From an uncultured Gammaproteobacteria bacterium (GTDB taxonomy: Bacteria > Patescibacteriota > Patescibacteriia > UBA11705 > JABHMO01), in contig CAZPBK010000001.1 of assembly GCA_964584985.1 (NCBI GenBank), forward strand, positions 60,742-124,741: a DNA stretch of 64,000 nucleotides, read 5' to 3'. The notes under the pieces are model-generated. The model did no database searches, was not told where the DNA came from, and was given only the letters and a program-made list of their open reading frames with translations. The position numbers and the translations under genes are program-made. Of the stretch, positions 36,829-45,771 are shown piece after piece (position 1 is the first letter of the stretch; each line of letters begins with the position of its first letter).

Positions 36829-38105
36829 ATATTTTTGTTAGTAATGAAAAAATGTAAAATAAGCAACAAAAGAGAAAAGACCACAGAAATCAAATATACA
36901 TTCAAAATTTGTGAAATATTGTCATGGAAGTTTAATAATAACAACACTTCCAATACTACGGAACCGACCAAAACATATGTAAAATTTGTTTTTCTTATAG
37001 ATAGAGCAAATAAAGAAATTAAATTAATAATAGAATAAACTGTAAATACTACAGCAATCTTCCATAGTAATGGTTGAATGGAAATATATTCCGCTCCCAA
37101 AATCAAATTAATAATCCTATCTGGGAACAAAAAATAAACAAGAGTAATAACTCCGGAAACAAAAGAGACTACAAGTAGGGCGATCTTGAAGACTTTAAGA
37201 TTACTGATTCTCATAATTTTATTTTTTGCAGCGATGGGAAACAAAACCACTGGGACTGAACTGGTGGCAAAAAATATTATTTTCCCAAATAAAACTAAAC
37301 CGGCATATAAACCTGCATTCTTTTGATCTAAAAAATGTTTGGCGAACAAAACATCAATGTTATATATAAAAACCAAACATAACGATACAATAAAGACCGG
37401 CTTCATATATGAAAATAAGCTTTTCCAATCAATATTTGTTTCTTCATTCTTTAAGACATCGCGCCGAGAAAACCAAGCATAGACCATTATTATAAATATC
37501 ACAGAGGCAAGAGGGATTGCAATCATTGCCCCCAATATGCCTAAACCTATTTTGACCAAAAAAACACCTATTAACAACTTTGAAAAGACCATGACTATTT
37601 GACTGAAAGATAATCTGACAAACTGTTGCAACCCTCTCATGAAACCCAATCCAACGGGCACCAGAAATGAGAACAAAAAATAACCGGACAAAACAATTAA
37701 GGGGGCTATTGAATCCAAGTTTAGCAATTTTTTTACTTGGCTGGAAAACAATAAAAATACAATTGATAAAAAAACTCCATAAAACGAAGCCTTTTTTATA
37801 ATTTGTTTTAAAAAACTAAAAATCTTGTTTTTCTGATTTTTTCCTGTTAAATCAGCAACTGTCTTTGAAACAACATGATTTATTGTTTGTGTAGGTACTG
37901 CTAAAATGAGAGTGATTGATAACAAGGCAGCCAAAAGTCCGAAATCCTCAGGGCCCAACATCCGACCCATAATTATTTGAAATAAATAATTACCAAAGCC
38001 TACAATTAAAGACCCCACAAAAACCATTAAGCTTCCGCTAAGTAACTTATTTTTTTTTATACTGGAGAGGCTTAATTCTCTAAATGAAAAATGCCGGTTA
38101 CTCAT
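36807..38105 (-). CDS. wzx: Wzx-type polysaccharide flippase (MOP superfamily)
   Basis: 432 aa with ~12 TM helices, typical of polysaccharide biosynthesis protein flippases. Confidence 0.65.
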   Translation of the reverse strand: MSNRHFSFRELSLSSIKKNKLLSGSLMVFVGSLIVGFGNYLFQIIMGRMLGPEDFGLLAALLSITLILAVPTQTINHVVSKTVADLTGKNQKNKIFSFLKQIIKKASFYGVFLSIVFLLFSSQVKKLLNLDSIAPLIVLSGYFLFSFLVPVGLGFMRGLQQFVRLSFSQIVMVFSKLLIGVFLVKIGLGILGAMIAIPLASVIFIIMVYAWFSRRDVLKNEETNIDWKSLFSYMKPVFIVSLCLVFIYNIDVLFAKHFLDQKNAGLYAGLVLFGKIIFFATSSVPVVLFPIAAKNKIMRISNLKVFKIALLVVSFVSGVITLVYFLFPDRIINLILGAEYISIQPLLWKIAVVFTVYSIINLISLFALSIRKTNFTYVLVGSVVLEVLLLLNFHDNISQILNVYLISVVFSLLLLILHFFITNKNICQMKIR

Positions 38106-38106
38106 A

Positions 38107-38895
38107 CTAAATCTTAGCTAATTCTTTAATAACATTATAATGGATTTTCCCATTACTAACAACAAAACCGTTATAATTCATGGGATCTCTTTTATTGTAA
38201 ACAATGTTATCACCAAACATATCCGTAAAAACACCACCCGCCTCTTTAACAATAATATCAGAGGCGCAAACATCCCATTCACCGGTTTTATCACTGGTAT
38301 TTAGATATAAATCACCGAATTGGTCGGCTATTTTAGCGGATTTAAGTCCGGCACTACCGCAAGTTTGCATTTTATCTATACTTAACTTTTTAGCCAGATT
38401 CATTTCCCTATCCAAAAGATGATTGCGACTACGCAATAAAATGATTTCCGAATAATCTTTTTTATCGGAAACTTGTAATTTAACGGTTTGACCGCGATGC
38501 TCCATATAAGCTCCTTGGCCGGCTGACGCCCAAAAAAGTTTATCCTCGGCCGGCTGATAAACCGCCCCCAAAACCGGACGACCATTTTGACTTAAACCGA
38601 TCATAATGGAAAATTCGCCGGTCTGCTGAATAAAATCCTTGGTTCCGTCCAAAGGATCAATTATCCAAACCTTTTCCTGATACAACCGCTTATTTTCTTT
38701 ATCGGTTTCCTCGGACAAAATACCGTAATTCAATTGTTTTAGTTTTTGCAAAATAACCTTTTCCGAAGCTAAATCAGCTTGAGTAACCGGACTGTCCCCG
38801 CCTTTATCCCGGATATTTAAATCTTGACCGTAAAATTCCATAACTTTTTTTCCGGCTTGTTTTATGGTACTCTTCAATATACTTAATTCCGACAT
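38107..38895 (-). CDS. cysQ: 3'(2'),5'-bisphosphate nucleotidase CysQ-type (inositol monophosphatase family)
   Basis: IMPase-family motifs EETDKE, WIIDPLDGTKDF and WDVCASDIIVKEAGG. Chosen as CysQ rather than SuhB from the PAPS-gene context. Confidence 0.65.
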   Translation of the reverse strand: MSELSILKSTIKQAGKKVMEFYGQDLNIRDKGGDSPVTQADLASEKVILQKLKQLNYGILSEETDKENKRLYQEKVWIIDPLDGTKDFIQQTGEFSIMIGLSQNGRPVLGAVYQPAEDKLFWASAGQGAYMEHRGQTVKLQVSDKKDYSEIILLRSRNHLLDREMNLAKKLSIDKMQTCGSAGLKSAKIADQFGDLYLNTSDKTGEWDVCASDIIVKEAGGVFTDMFGDNIVYNKRDPMNYNGFVVSNGKIHYNVIKELAKI

Positions 38896-38978
38896 ATTGA
38901 TCTACTATTAGTTGACAGATGTCTTTATTATGTTAATATTTCTAGAACAGGTTATTTTAAAAATCCACAGGAGGAAAA

Positions 38979-39401
38979 ATGAAAAACATTTTGAACAACG
39001 GAAGGTTAAGGTGTTCGGGAAGATCATGGCAATTAGTTGAAAGCGACAAGTCCTGTATTCCTGGCGGTAAAAAAAACGGTGATCATTTGATTATTCTTTT
39101 TTCAGACAAAAATAGATATTGTAGTCGCGAAGAACTGGGAGAACTCTATGTAATAGCCGAACAACTGGCTACGGAATACGCACATCAGATCAATCTTTAC
39201 CGTATTGTTAAAAACGGCAAAGGCCTGCAATTTCGTAAAGGCTTTCATCTTCATCTCATCCTTCCGAAAAAAAGAAATTTCATTGCTCGTTGTGTTGAAC
39301 CAAGCGTTTCTATGATAAAACTGAGAAAATGGCAAGGTGAGAAGGTCTTTAAGTATGTTTTGAACAAATTACTGACCAGAGGACAACAGCAAAAAAGATA
39401 A
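38979..39401 (+). CDS. Divergent HIT-superfamily-like protein (tentative)
   Basis: A strong SD sits upstream (cacaggagg-N6-ATG). A HIT-like core reads GDHLIILFSDK...YRIVKNGKGLQFRKGFHLHLILP; this is an HxHxI motif rather than HxHxH. Elevated GC. Lone plus-strand gene inside the cysQ-cysNC array. Confidence 0.35.
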   Translation: MKNILNNGRLRCSGRSWQLVESDKSCIPGGKKNGDHLIILFSDKNRYCSREELGELYVIAEQLATEYAHQINLYRIVKNGKGLQFRKGFHLHLILPKKRNFIARCVEPSVSMIKLRKWQGEKVFKYVLNKLLTRGQQQKR

Positions 39402-39457
39402 TATCTCCATCCCTTCAAAAACTTCCAACCTCAAAAAGGTGAGTCACACTCGCCTTT

Positions 39458-41269
39458 TTATTTTTGTAAAAACTTATTTTTATACAAATAATCAATAATC
39501 TGCTCCACACATTCATCAACTGTATTTTCATGAGTTTGACAACAAATATGAGGATTGTCCGGTGCTTCATATGGAGCGGAAATACCGGTAAAATTATCAA
39601 TTTCACCATTAAGAGCTTTTTTATACAAACCTTTGACATCCCGTTTAATACAAATATCCAAAGGGGCGTCAACAAAAACCTCCAAAAATTTATCAGTATG
39701 AAAAGAGGCTGTTTTCCTATGCTCTTTATAAGGTGAAATAAAAGTGGCCAAAACCAAAACATCGTGTTTGCTAAGCAAGCCGGCCACATAAGAAACTCGT
39801 TCAATATTTTTATCGCGATCCTCTTTGGAAAATCCCAAATCTCTGGTTAAAGCCTGTCGCACAATGTCACCGTCCAATCGCTCGCAACGAACCCCCATGT
39901 TTTTCAAAACCACATATAATTTATCAGCAATAGTACTTTTGCCCGATCCGGAAAGTCCGGTAAACCACATCACACCTCCTTTATTGTCTTTTACCCGGTG
40001 AATATAACCACCGGTTTCAGCATTTTTTACTTTTTTATTTATTATACCCGCACCCACGGTATTTTTACTTATTGGATCAATAATAATAAAATTTCCGGTA
40101 TGACGATTTTTTTGGTATGGATCAAAAGACAATGAATCCTGTGTGCGAATGTAAACTCGCCCCATTTCATTTAAATAAAGTTTTGATTTTTCCTCACGAT
40201 GCAAATCATCCATGTTTATTCTGTATCTTAATCTTTCCACAAAACCATTGCTCGTTCTGCTGGTGTGCTTGATAATATAATTTTTATTTTCTGCCAAAGG
40301 CTCATCGCTCATCCAACAAACAGTGGCCTCAAAATTATCTGAAACCTCAGACATATTTTGTTCTTTAACTATCATATCTCCTCGACTAATATCCAGTTCG
40401 TCCTCCAAAGAAAGCAAAGCGGACAAAGGATTAAAAGCATAATCTTGTCTGGAACCGTTAACATAAATCTCCTTTATTGAAGATTTATTATTGGCCGGTA
40501 AGATTCTGACTCGATCACCGCGCCGAATAATTCCACCCTCAATTTTTCCGGTATAACCACGGAAATCTTGATTCGGACGGACAACACTCTGCACCGGGAA
40601 ACGAAAATCAATCAAATTTCTATCAGCGGTTATTTGAATATTTTCCAAATAATCCAAAATTGTTCGTCCGTTATACCAAGGCATATTATGACCACGATCC
40701 ACCACCATATCTCCTTTAAGCGCGGAAACCGGTGTAAATTGTAAATCTTTTATATTTAGTTTGGAACAAAAATCAGAAAAATCTTGTTTAATTTTATTAA
40801 AAATCTTTTGATCATAATCCACTAAATCCATTTTATTGACTACAACCAAAACATGCGGAATACCCAAAAGAGCGGCTATGAATAAATGTCTTTTAGATTG
40901 AATAAGTAAGCCTTTTCTGGCATCACACAAAATCAAAGCCAAATTTGAGTTAGAAGCCCCGGTCATCATGTTTCTGGTATATTGTTCATGCCCCGGTACA
41001 TCGGCAATAATAAAACGCCGTTTGGGAGTGGAAAAATAACGATAAGCCACATCAATGGTTATCCCTTGTTCCCTTTCCGCTTTTAAGCCGTCCAAAAGAA
41101 AAGCCAAATCAACTTCCTTGCCCACTTTATCACAAGTTTTTTTTACTGATAAATACTGATCCTCAAAAATAGAATGACAATCATGAAGCATTCTTCCAAT
41201 CAGGGTTGATTTTCCGTCATCCACGCTCCCGGCGGTGCTTATTCTCAAAAGTTCAATATCATTTTGCAT
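39458..41269 (-). CDS. cysNC: Bifunctional sulfate adenylyltransferase subunit 1 / adenylylsulfate kinase (CysN-CysC fusion)
   Basis: N-terminal GTPase motif STAGSVDDGKSTLIGRL and DVPGHEQY. C-terminal APS kinase P-loop FTGLSGSGKSTIA and LDGD. 603 aa. Confidence 0.9.
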   Translation of the reverse strand: MQNDIELLRISTAGSVDDGKSTLIGRMLHDCHSIFEDQYLSVKKTCDKVGKEVDLAFLLDGLKAEREQGITIDVAYRYFSTPKRRFIIADVPGHEQYTRNMMTGASNSNLALILCDARKGLLIQSKRHLFIAALLGIPHVLVVVNKMDLVDYDQKIFNKIKQDFSDFCSKLNIKDLQFTPVSALKGDMVVDRGHNMPWYNGRTILDYLENIQITADRNLIDFRFPVQSVVRPNQDFRGYTGKIEGGIIRRGDRVRILPANNKSSIKEIYVNGSRQDYAFNPLSALLSLEDELDISRGDMIVKEQNMSEVSDNFEATVCWMSDEPLAENKNYIIKHTSRTSNGFVERLRYRINMDDLHREEKSKLYLNEMGRVYIRTQDSLSFDPYQKNRHTGNFIIIDPISKNTVGAGIINKKVKNAETGGYIHRVKDNKGGVMWFTGLSGSGKSTIADKLYVVLKNMGVRCERLDGDIVRQALTRDLGFSKEDRDKNIERVSYVAGLLSKHDVLVLATFISPYKEHRKTASFHTDKFLEVFVDAPLDICIKRDVKGLYKKALNGEIDNFTGISAPYEAPDNPHICCQTHENTVDECVEQIIDYLYKNKFLQK

Positions 41270-41284
41270 ATTTAAAAATCATTT

Positions 41285-42187
41285 TTAAAAATAACCGGAT
41301 TGTTTTTTATCCTCCATGGAACTATCACCACTATGATCAATTATTCTATTTTCCCTCTCGGATTTTTTAGCCAATAAAACTTCTTTTAAAATATCTTCCA
41401 CCGTGGAGGCCGAAGATTCAACCGCTCCGGTACAAGGCACACAGCCAAGGGATCTGAATCGGCACATTACTTCTCCCACTTTTTCATCTTTCTTTACCCT
41501 AGTGGATTCTTCCACCGGCACCAAAAGTCCATTTCTTCTAACCACCTTTCTTTTTTTGGCAAAATAAAGTGGTACTATTTCAATATTTTCTTCTTTAATA
41601 TAATTCCAAACATCCGACTCGGTCCAATTGGAAAGAGGAAAAACACGCATGGTTTCTTGTTTATTTAAATGCGAATTAAAATTATGCCAAAGTTCGGGGC
41701 GCTGATTTTTAGGATCCCACTTGCCCATCGAATTACGATGGGAATAAACTCGCTCTTTGGCTCTGGATTTTTCTTCATCTCGCCGAGCACCGCCTATGGC
41801 CGCATCAAATCCATGCTTTTTTATAGAGTCAAGCAAAGCTTGAGTTTTTAAATAACTACAACAAGTATCTACGCCGTGAATAGCCGGATGCAGACCTTGT
41901 TTGAATTTTTCATGCTGTTCCACAATTAATTTTACGCCTACCTTTTTAGTATAATAATCTCTAAAGTCAGTCATTTGTTTTGGTTTGTAGCCGGTATCAA
42001 TATGCATTAAAGGAAAAGGCACTTTTCCCGGATAAAAAGCTTTGCGCGCCAAATGCAATAGACAAGAAGAATCCTTGCCAACGGAATACAGCATTACCGG
42101 ATTTTTAAACTCCGCCGCCACTTCCCTAATTATGTAAATCGCCTCAGACTCTAACTCCTTTATATGCGACAATTTATAATTTTCCAT
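41285..42187 (-). CDS. cysD: Sulfate adenylyltransferase subunit 2
   Basis: PAPS-reductase-fold N-terminus [29 protein letters not shown]. 300 aa. Directly adjacent to cysNC. Confidence 0.9.
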   Translation of the reverse strand: MENYKLSHIKELESEAIYIIREVAAEFKNPVMLYSVGKDSSCLLHLARKAFYPGKVPFPLMHIDTGYKPKQMTDFRDYYTKKVGVKLIVEQHEKFKQGLHPAIHGVDTCCSYLKTQALLDSIKKHGFDAAIGGARRDEEKSRAKERVYSHRNSMGKWDPKNQRPELWHNFNSHLNKQETMRVFPLSNWTESDVWNYIKEENIEIVPLYFAKKRKVVRRNGLLVPVEESTRVKKDEKVGEVMCRFRSLGCVPCTGAVESSASTVEDILKEVLLAKKSERENRIIDHSGDSSMEDKKQSGYF

Positions 42188-42268
42188 AGTTTTAAATTAT
42201 TCTTCCAATCACTATATTCTTTATACATATATTCTCATATTACCAATTTCCAAACTTATTGTAAAAAC

Positions 42269-43036
42269 TTATCCACAGTTTTCTTTATTCCAATTCTTAA
42301 CAGTCTTTAATAGTAAATTTCTAACCTTGTCGACATTATTGTTCATTCTATCGACAATCAACTCCCAAGTAACGAATTTTTCATTCTTTTTCCAACAATC
42401 AAAATCAGTTACCATAGCAATTGACTGGTATGGTATTTTTAACTCATTGGCCAAAATTACTTCCGGTACAGTGGACATATTAATAACCTGGCCACCCAAT
42501 TTTTGGAACATAAGACTTTCAGCTCTGGTTGAAAACCTGGGGCCTTCAATAGTTATTGCGGTTCCATTATCATGAAATTTTAAATCCAATTCTTTAGCTG
42601 ATAATATTAATTTTTTTCTAAGTTTCCGGTCAAACGGTTCGGCCATGGGAGTATGCACCACTTTTTTTTCATGGTAAGTCAAATTTCTATGTTTGGTAAA
42701 ATCAATAAATTGGTCTAAAAAAACAAATTCTCCCGGCCTAATGTTTTCTTGCAAGCTACCACAGGCAGTCGTGGCCAAAATTGCCTGACACCCTTGATCT
42801 TTAAGTGCCTCGACATTTGCACGGTAAGGCACCATGGTTGGCATAATAGAATGATTTTTCCCGTGGCGAGGTAAAATTACCACTTCAATGTTTTTAATTT
42901 TTCCAACAATCAAATCATCCGACGGCCAACCATAAGAAGTTTTGGATTTTATTGTTTGATAATTTTCCAGTATTTGCGGATCATCCAATCCCGACCCGCC
43001 GATTATTCCGATTTTCATATTTTTTATTAATCCCAT
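42269..43036 (-). CDS. mtnP: S-methyl-5'-thioadenosine phosphorylase (purine nucleoside phosphorylase family)
   Basis: IGIIGGSGL, LPRHGKNH and TIEGPRFSTRAES motifs. Confidence 0.8.
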   Translation of the reverse strand: MGLIKNMKIGIIGGSGLDDPQILENYQTIKSKTSYGWPSDDLIVGKIKNIEVVILPRHGKNHSIMPTMVPYRANVEALKDQGCQAILATTACGSLQENIRPGEFVFLDQFIDFTKHRNLTYHEKKVVHTPMAEPFDRKLRKKLILSAKELDLKFHDNGTAITIEGPRFSTRAESLMFQKLGGQVINMSTVPEVILANELKIPYQSIAMVTDFDCWKKNEKFVTWELIVDRMNNNVDKVRNLLLKTVKNWNKENCG

Positions 43037-43554
43037 TCATAGTCATAACTGACCAAAGAATGGATATTATATTTTTTTAATCTTTCGCTTCCGCCCAAAA
43101 AGGGCAAATCAATAATTAAACTGACTCCGACCACCTCGGCTTTTAACTTTTCCACCAATTCAATGGTCGCTCCCAAGGTGCCACCGGTAGCCAAAAGATC
43201 ATCAACAATTAAAATTTTTTGCCCCGCTTTTATAGTATCTTTATGCATAGCCACACCGTCAGATCCATATTCTTTTTCATATACAGCTTCAACGGTTTTA
43301 TACGGCAATTTCCCTTTTTTTCTAACCAAGGAAACGCCCAAACCCAGTTTATAAGCAATCACCGTTCCCAACAAAAATCCACGAGCATCTATTACCGCTA
43401 TTTTATCAATTTTTGTCCCGGAAAAAGGTCTAATCATTTGATCAATAACCTGTTTAAAGGTTGGTCCGTCTTGTAAAAGAGTGGTAATATCCTTGAAATT
43501 TACACCCTTTTCAGGCCAATCGGAAACTTCCCTAATTTTAGATTTTAAATCCAT
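43027..43554 (-). CDS. apt: Adenine phosphoribosyltransferase
   Basis: PRTase motif ILIVDDLLATGGT and the Apt-type flanking sequence. 175 aa. Confidence 0.9.
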   Translation of the reverse strand: MDLKSKIREVSDWPEKGVNFKDITTLLQDGPTFKQVIDQMIRPFSGTKIDKIAVIDARGFLLGTVIAYKLGLGVSLVRKKGKLPYKTVEAVYEKEYGSDGVAMHKDTIKAGQKILIVDDLLATGGTLGATIELVEKLKAEVVGVSLIIDLPFLGGSERLKKYNIHSLVSYDYEWD

Positions 43555-43641
43555 ATTTAATAATTTTATTTTAGACTTGACATAATTACATTTTTGTGCA
43601 AATATATAATGATGCTTTAATATTTATTTAAGGAGGAAAAA

Positions 43642-44490
43642 ATGAAAACATGGGCGATCTTTAACAATGTCTTTTCAAATTATCCGGCACTTTACGCGGT
43701 GCTCAATCATGCAAAGAGTCTGGGTTCAGAAGCCTTTCTTTGTTTGGGAAATCTGGTTGGTTTCGGACCGCAACCCTTAGCCTGCCTAAAAACAGCTCAC
43801 GAAGAACATATTTTGCTAACTCAGGGACAGATGGAGTTCATGGTGGGCGCCGGCAAATTTACGCACTCTTTGGCCGATGATCAATTCACCGTTAAGGGTG
43901 CTCTGAGTAATATCAAGGAGTTGCAAGATTCCGGGCAAGAACAACGCTTAGCCTGTCACTTTCAAGAGGAAATGTACCAATTGGACAAAACAAAGATCAT
44001 AAAAATCAATGAAAAAAATGATCTGGTTATGGGGCACAGCTCCCTGAGCCCCAAACACAAGATTTGGCCGCCTCCCTGGCCGAAAATAAAAGGCAGAAAA
44101 AGCTTGGCCTCGGAGATCATCTTGGCTAAACGATCGTCAGAAAACGCCAGCTTGGTTCTTCTGGGCAACACCCGAGATGGTCTGTGGATGGATATGGAAA
44201 GAAGAAATATTCAAAACACAAGATTATTTAATGGTCGTGTCTTTATTCAAGAACCGACCTGCTTGTTGGTCAACCCGGGTTCAGTCGGCCAGTTGGACAG
44301 TGTAACCAATCTGGATGAAAACGGGTTTGGTCAAGCTTCCTATGTAACCTTGCATATTCCAGAAGAGGAAGACGAGGAAAAAAGTTGGGTCGAATTTCAT
44401 ACAGTTCGATACAACGCCATGGGATGCTTACAGACCATGAAGGAAAAAGGATTTGATCAAGACGAGATGAAATTCCTTTTCAATCTTTAA
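43642..44490 (+). CDS. Metallophosphoesterase (calcineurin-like, YfcE-like) homologue with degenerate metal-binding motifs
   Basis: Strong SD (taaggagg-N6-ATG). MPP-like blocks: CLGNLVGFGPQP (GN instead of GD) and VNPGSVGQ. The expected D-x-H and GNHE motifs are absent. Elevated GC. Confidence 0.5.
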   Translation: MKTWAIFNNVFSNYPALYAVLNHAKSLGSEAFLCLGNLVGFGPQPLACLKTAHEEHILLTQGQMEFMVGAGKFTHSLADDQFTVKGALSNIKELQDSGQEQRLACHFQEEMYQLDKTKIIKINEKNDLVMGHSSLSPKHKIWPPPWPKIKGRKSLASEIILAKRSSENASLVLLGNTRDGLWMDMERRNIQNTRLFNGRVFIQEPTCLLVNPGSVGQLDSVTNLDENGFGQASYVTLHIPEEEDEEKSWVEFHTVRYNAMGCLQTMKEKGFDQDEMKFLFNL

Positions 44491-44502
44491 ACAACAACAA
44501 AA

Positions 44503-44532
44503 ATGCTCTCCTCACCGAGAGCATTTTTTTTA
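44503..44532. terminator. Bidirectional rho-independent terminator (atgctctc-ctcacc-gagagcat with flanking A- and T-runs)
   Basis: An 8-bp stem with a T8 run on the plus strand and a T-rich tract on the minus strand. It sits between convergent CDS. Confidence 0.6.
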
Positions 44533-44557
44533 TCAGCTATTCATATATAAACAATCT

Positions 44558-45034
44558 TTACTTTTTTCTTTCATAAACTTCTTTGACTTCCGTGCCGGAC
44601 AAAGTCACCCACACAGTCAAAGTATTGTTACTGTTGCTCAACTCATAATTATATTCCGTAACATTCGGAACCGTATAACCGGGGCAATCACTGCTGTCAA
44701 CGGTCATAGTCATTGTTTTATTATCTTGATCAACATCAAGCTCTCCGGAAATTGTACATTCTGCTTTGGACACAAAAGTTTCCTCTCCCAAAAGCATGGA
44801 AGCCGGTTCTTGATGTTCCAAGTTATCATTCACATAAGTTGCCTGACGCTGCCAATTTCCCTTATAAGCAATATTTTCAGCTCCCTGTTCTTCACCTTCT
44901 TCCGTTTGACTAACCGCTTCACCGGGTTGCTGATTCTGTTTTTGACTTTGCTCCTCGGGAGTATACTTGGTACAGCCCGCAACCAAAGTTAAAGCCACTG
45001 CCAAAAAAAGCACTAAGATAAGATTTTTTCTCAT
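44558..45034 (-). CDS. Lipoprotein (signal peptide plus lipobox LVAGC)
   Basis: MRKNLILVLFLAVALTLVAGCTK. The mature part is acidic and Gln/Glu-rich. Confidence 0.5.
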   Translation of the reverse strand: MRKNLILVLFLAVALTLVAGCTKYTPEEQSQKQNQQPGEAVSQTEEGEEQGAENIAYKGNWQRQATYVNDNLEHQEPASMLLGEETFVSKAECTISGELDVDQDNKTMTMTVDSSDCPGYTVPNVTEYNYELSNSNNTLTVWVTLSGTEVKEVYERKK

Positions 45035-45097
45035 AAATTTTGAGTTATGTCTCTTTTTTTCAGTATAGCAGATTATATTTATTTGTAAAAAAATGCC

Positions 45098-45171
45098 TGG
45101 CAGGAGCTGAGGGAATCGAACCCCCGACCTCGGTTTTGGAGACCGATGTTATACCACTTAACTAAGCTCCC
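45098..45171 (-). tRNA. trnW: tRNA-Trp (anticodon CCA), CCA end encoded
   Basis: Manual fold: acceptor GGGAGCT/AGCTCCT (G1-U72 wobble), anticodon stem TCGGT/ACCGA, loop CTCCAAA (anticodon CCA), T-loop GTTCGATTC, then discriminator G and an encoded CCA. Confidence 0.85.
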
Positions 45172-45311
45172 AAAACTTGCCAGACATTTTTGTTGTATCT
45201 TGTATAGATTTTATTGGCTTTTATCTTAAAAAAATCAAATAAATTCCCTTTTTTTAACAATTACTTGACCATGATAGCACAAACAAACAAAATTGACAAC
45301 ATTTATACAAT

Positions 45312-45761
45312 CTAATCTCCAACCTTGAAAAAGAGCCAATTTTTCTCTTGATCTTTTAAATTTATTAAAACAAATTTTCCGTTTAATCTATCGCCTTTTA
45401 TTTTAAAAACAATTTTGTTTTTTTTAATATCCTCAGGTTCCCAAAAGCCTTTATCCCAAATTTTCACCCGGCCGGCGCCATAATGACCTTTGGGTATTTC
45501 TCCTTCAAACCCCGCATAATCAAGCGGATGATCTTCGGTCCTGATGGCCAATCTTTTTATACCGGAATCGGAGGGCTTTTTGGGTACAGCCCAGCTCCAA
45601 AGCACGCCTTCATGTTCCAATCTCAGATCATAATGCAAATTTTGGGCATGATGTTTTTGCACTACATAGGTTAAGTTTTTATCCTTTTTTTGGCCAACCT
45701 CGGCCTTTGGCTCGTGTGACTTTTCCAAATCTCTTTTTTGTTTGTATTTTTCCAAACCCAT
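45312..45761 (-). CDS. Stand-alone LigD-type 3'-phosphoesterase (PE) domain protein
   Basis: LTYVVQKHHAQNLHYDLRLE...SWAVPKKPS...KRLAIRTEDHPLDYAGFEGEIPKG.YGAG.V.IWDKGFW matches the LigD PE domain pattern. 149 aa. Confidence 0.7.
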   Translation of the reverse strand: MGLEKYKQKRDLEKSHEPKAEVGQKKDKNLTYVVQKHHAQNLHYDLRLEHEGVLWSWAVPKKPSDSGIKRLAIRTEDHPLDYAGFEGEIPKGHYGAGRVKIWDKGFWEPEDIKKNKIVFKIKGDRLNGKFVLINLKDQEKNWLFFKVGD

Positions 45762-45771
45762 TTTTATTAAA

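Noticed and set aside
39415-39804. 129-aa minus-strand ORF overlapping the 3' end of cysNC
   Set aside because: It is an out-of-frame overlap with the well-supported CysC domain and is hydrophobic and low-complexity, so it is spurious.
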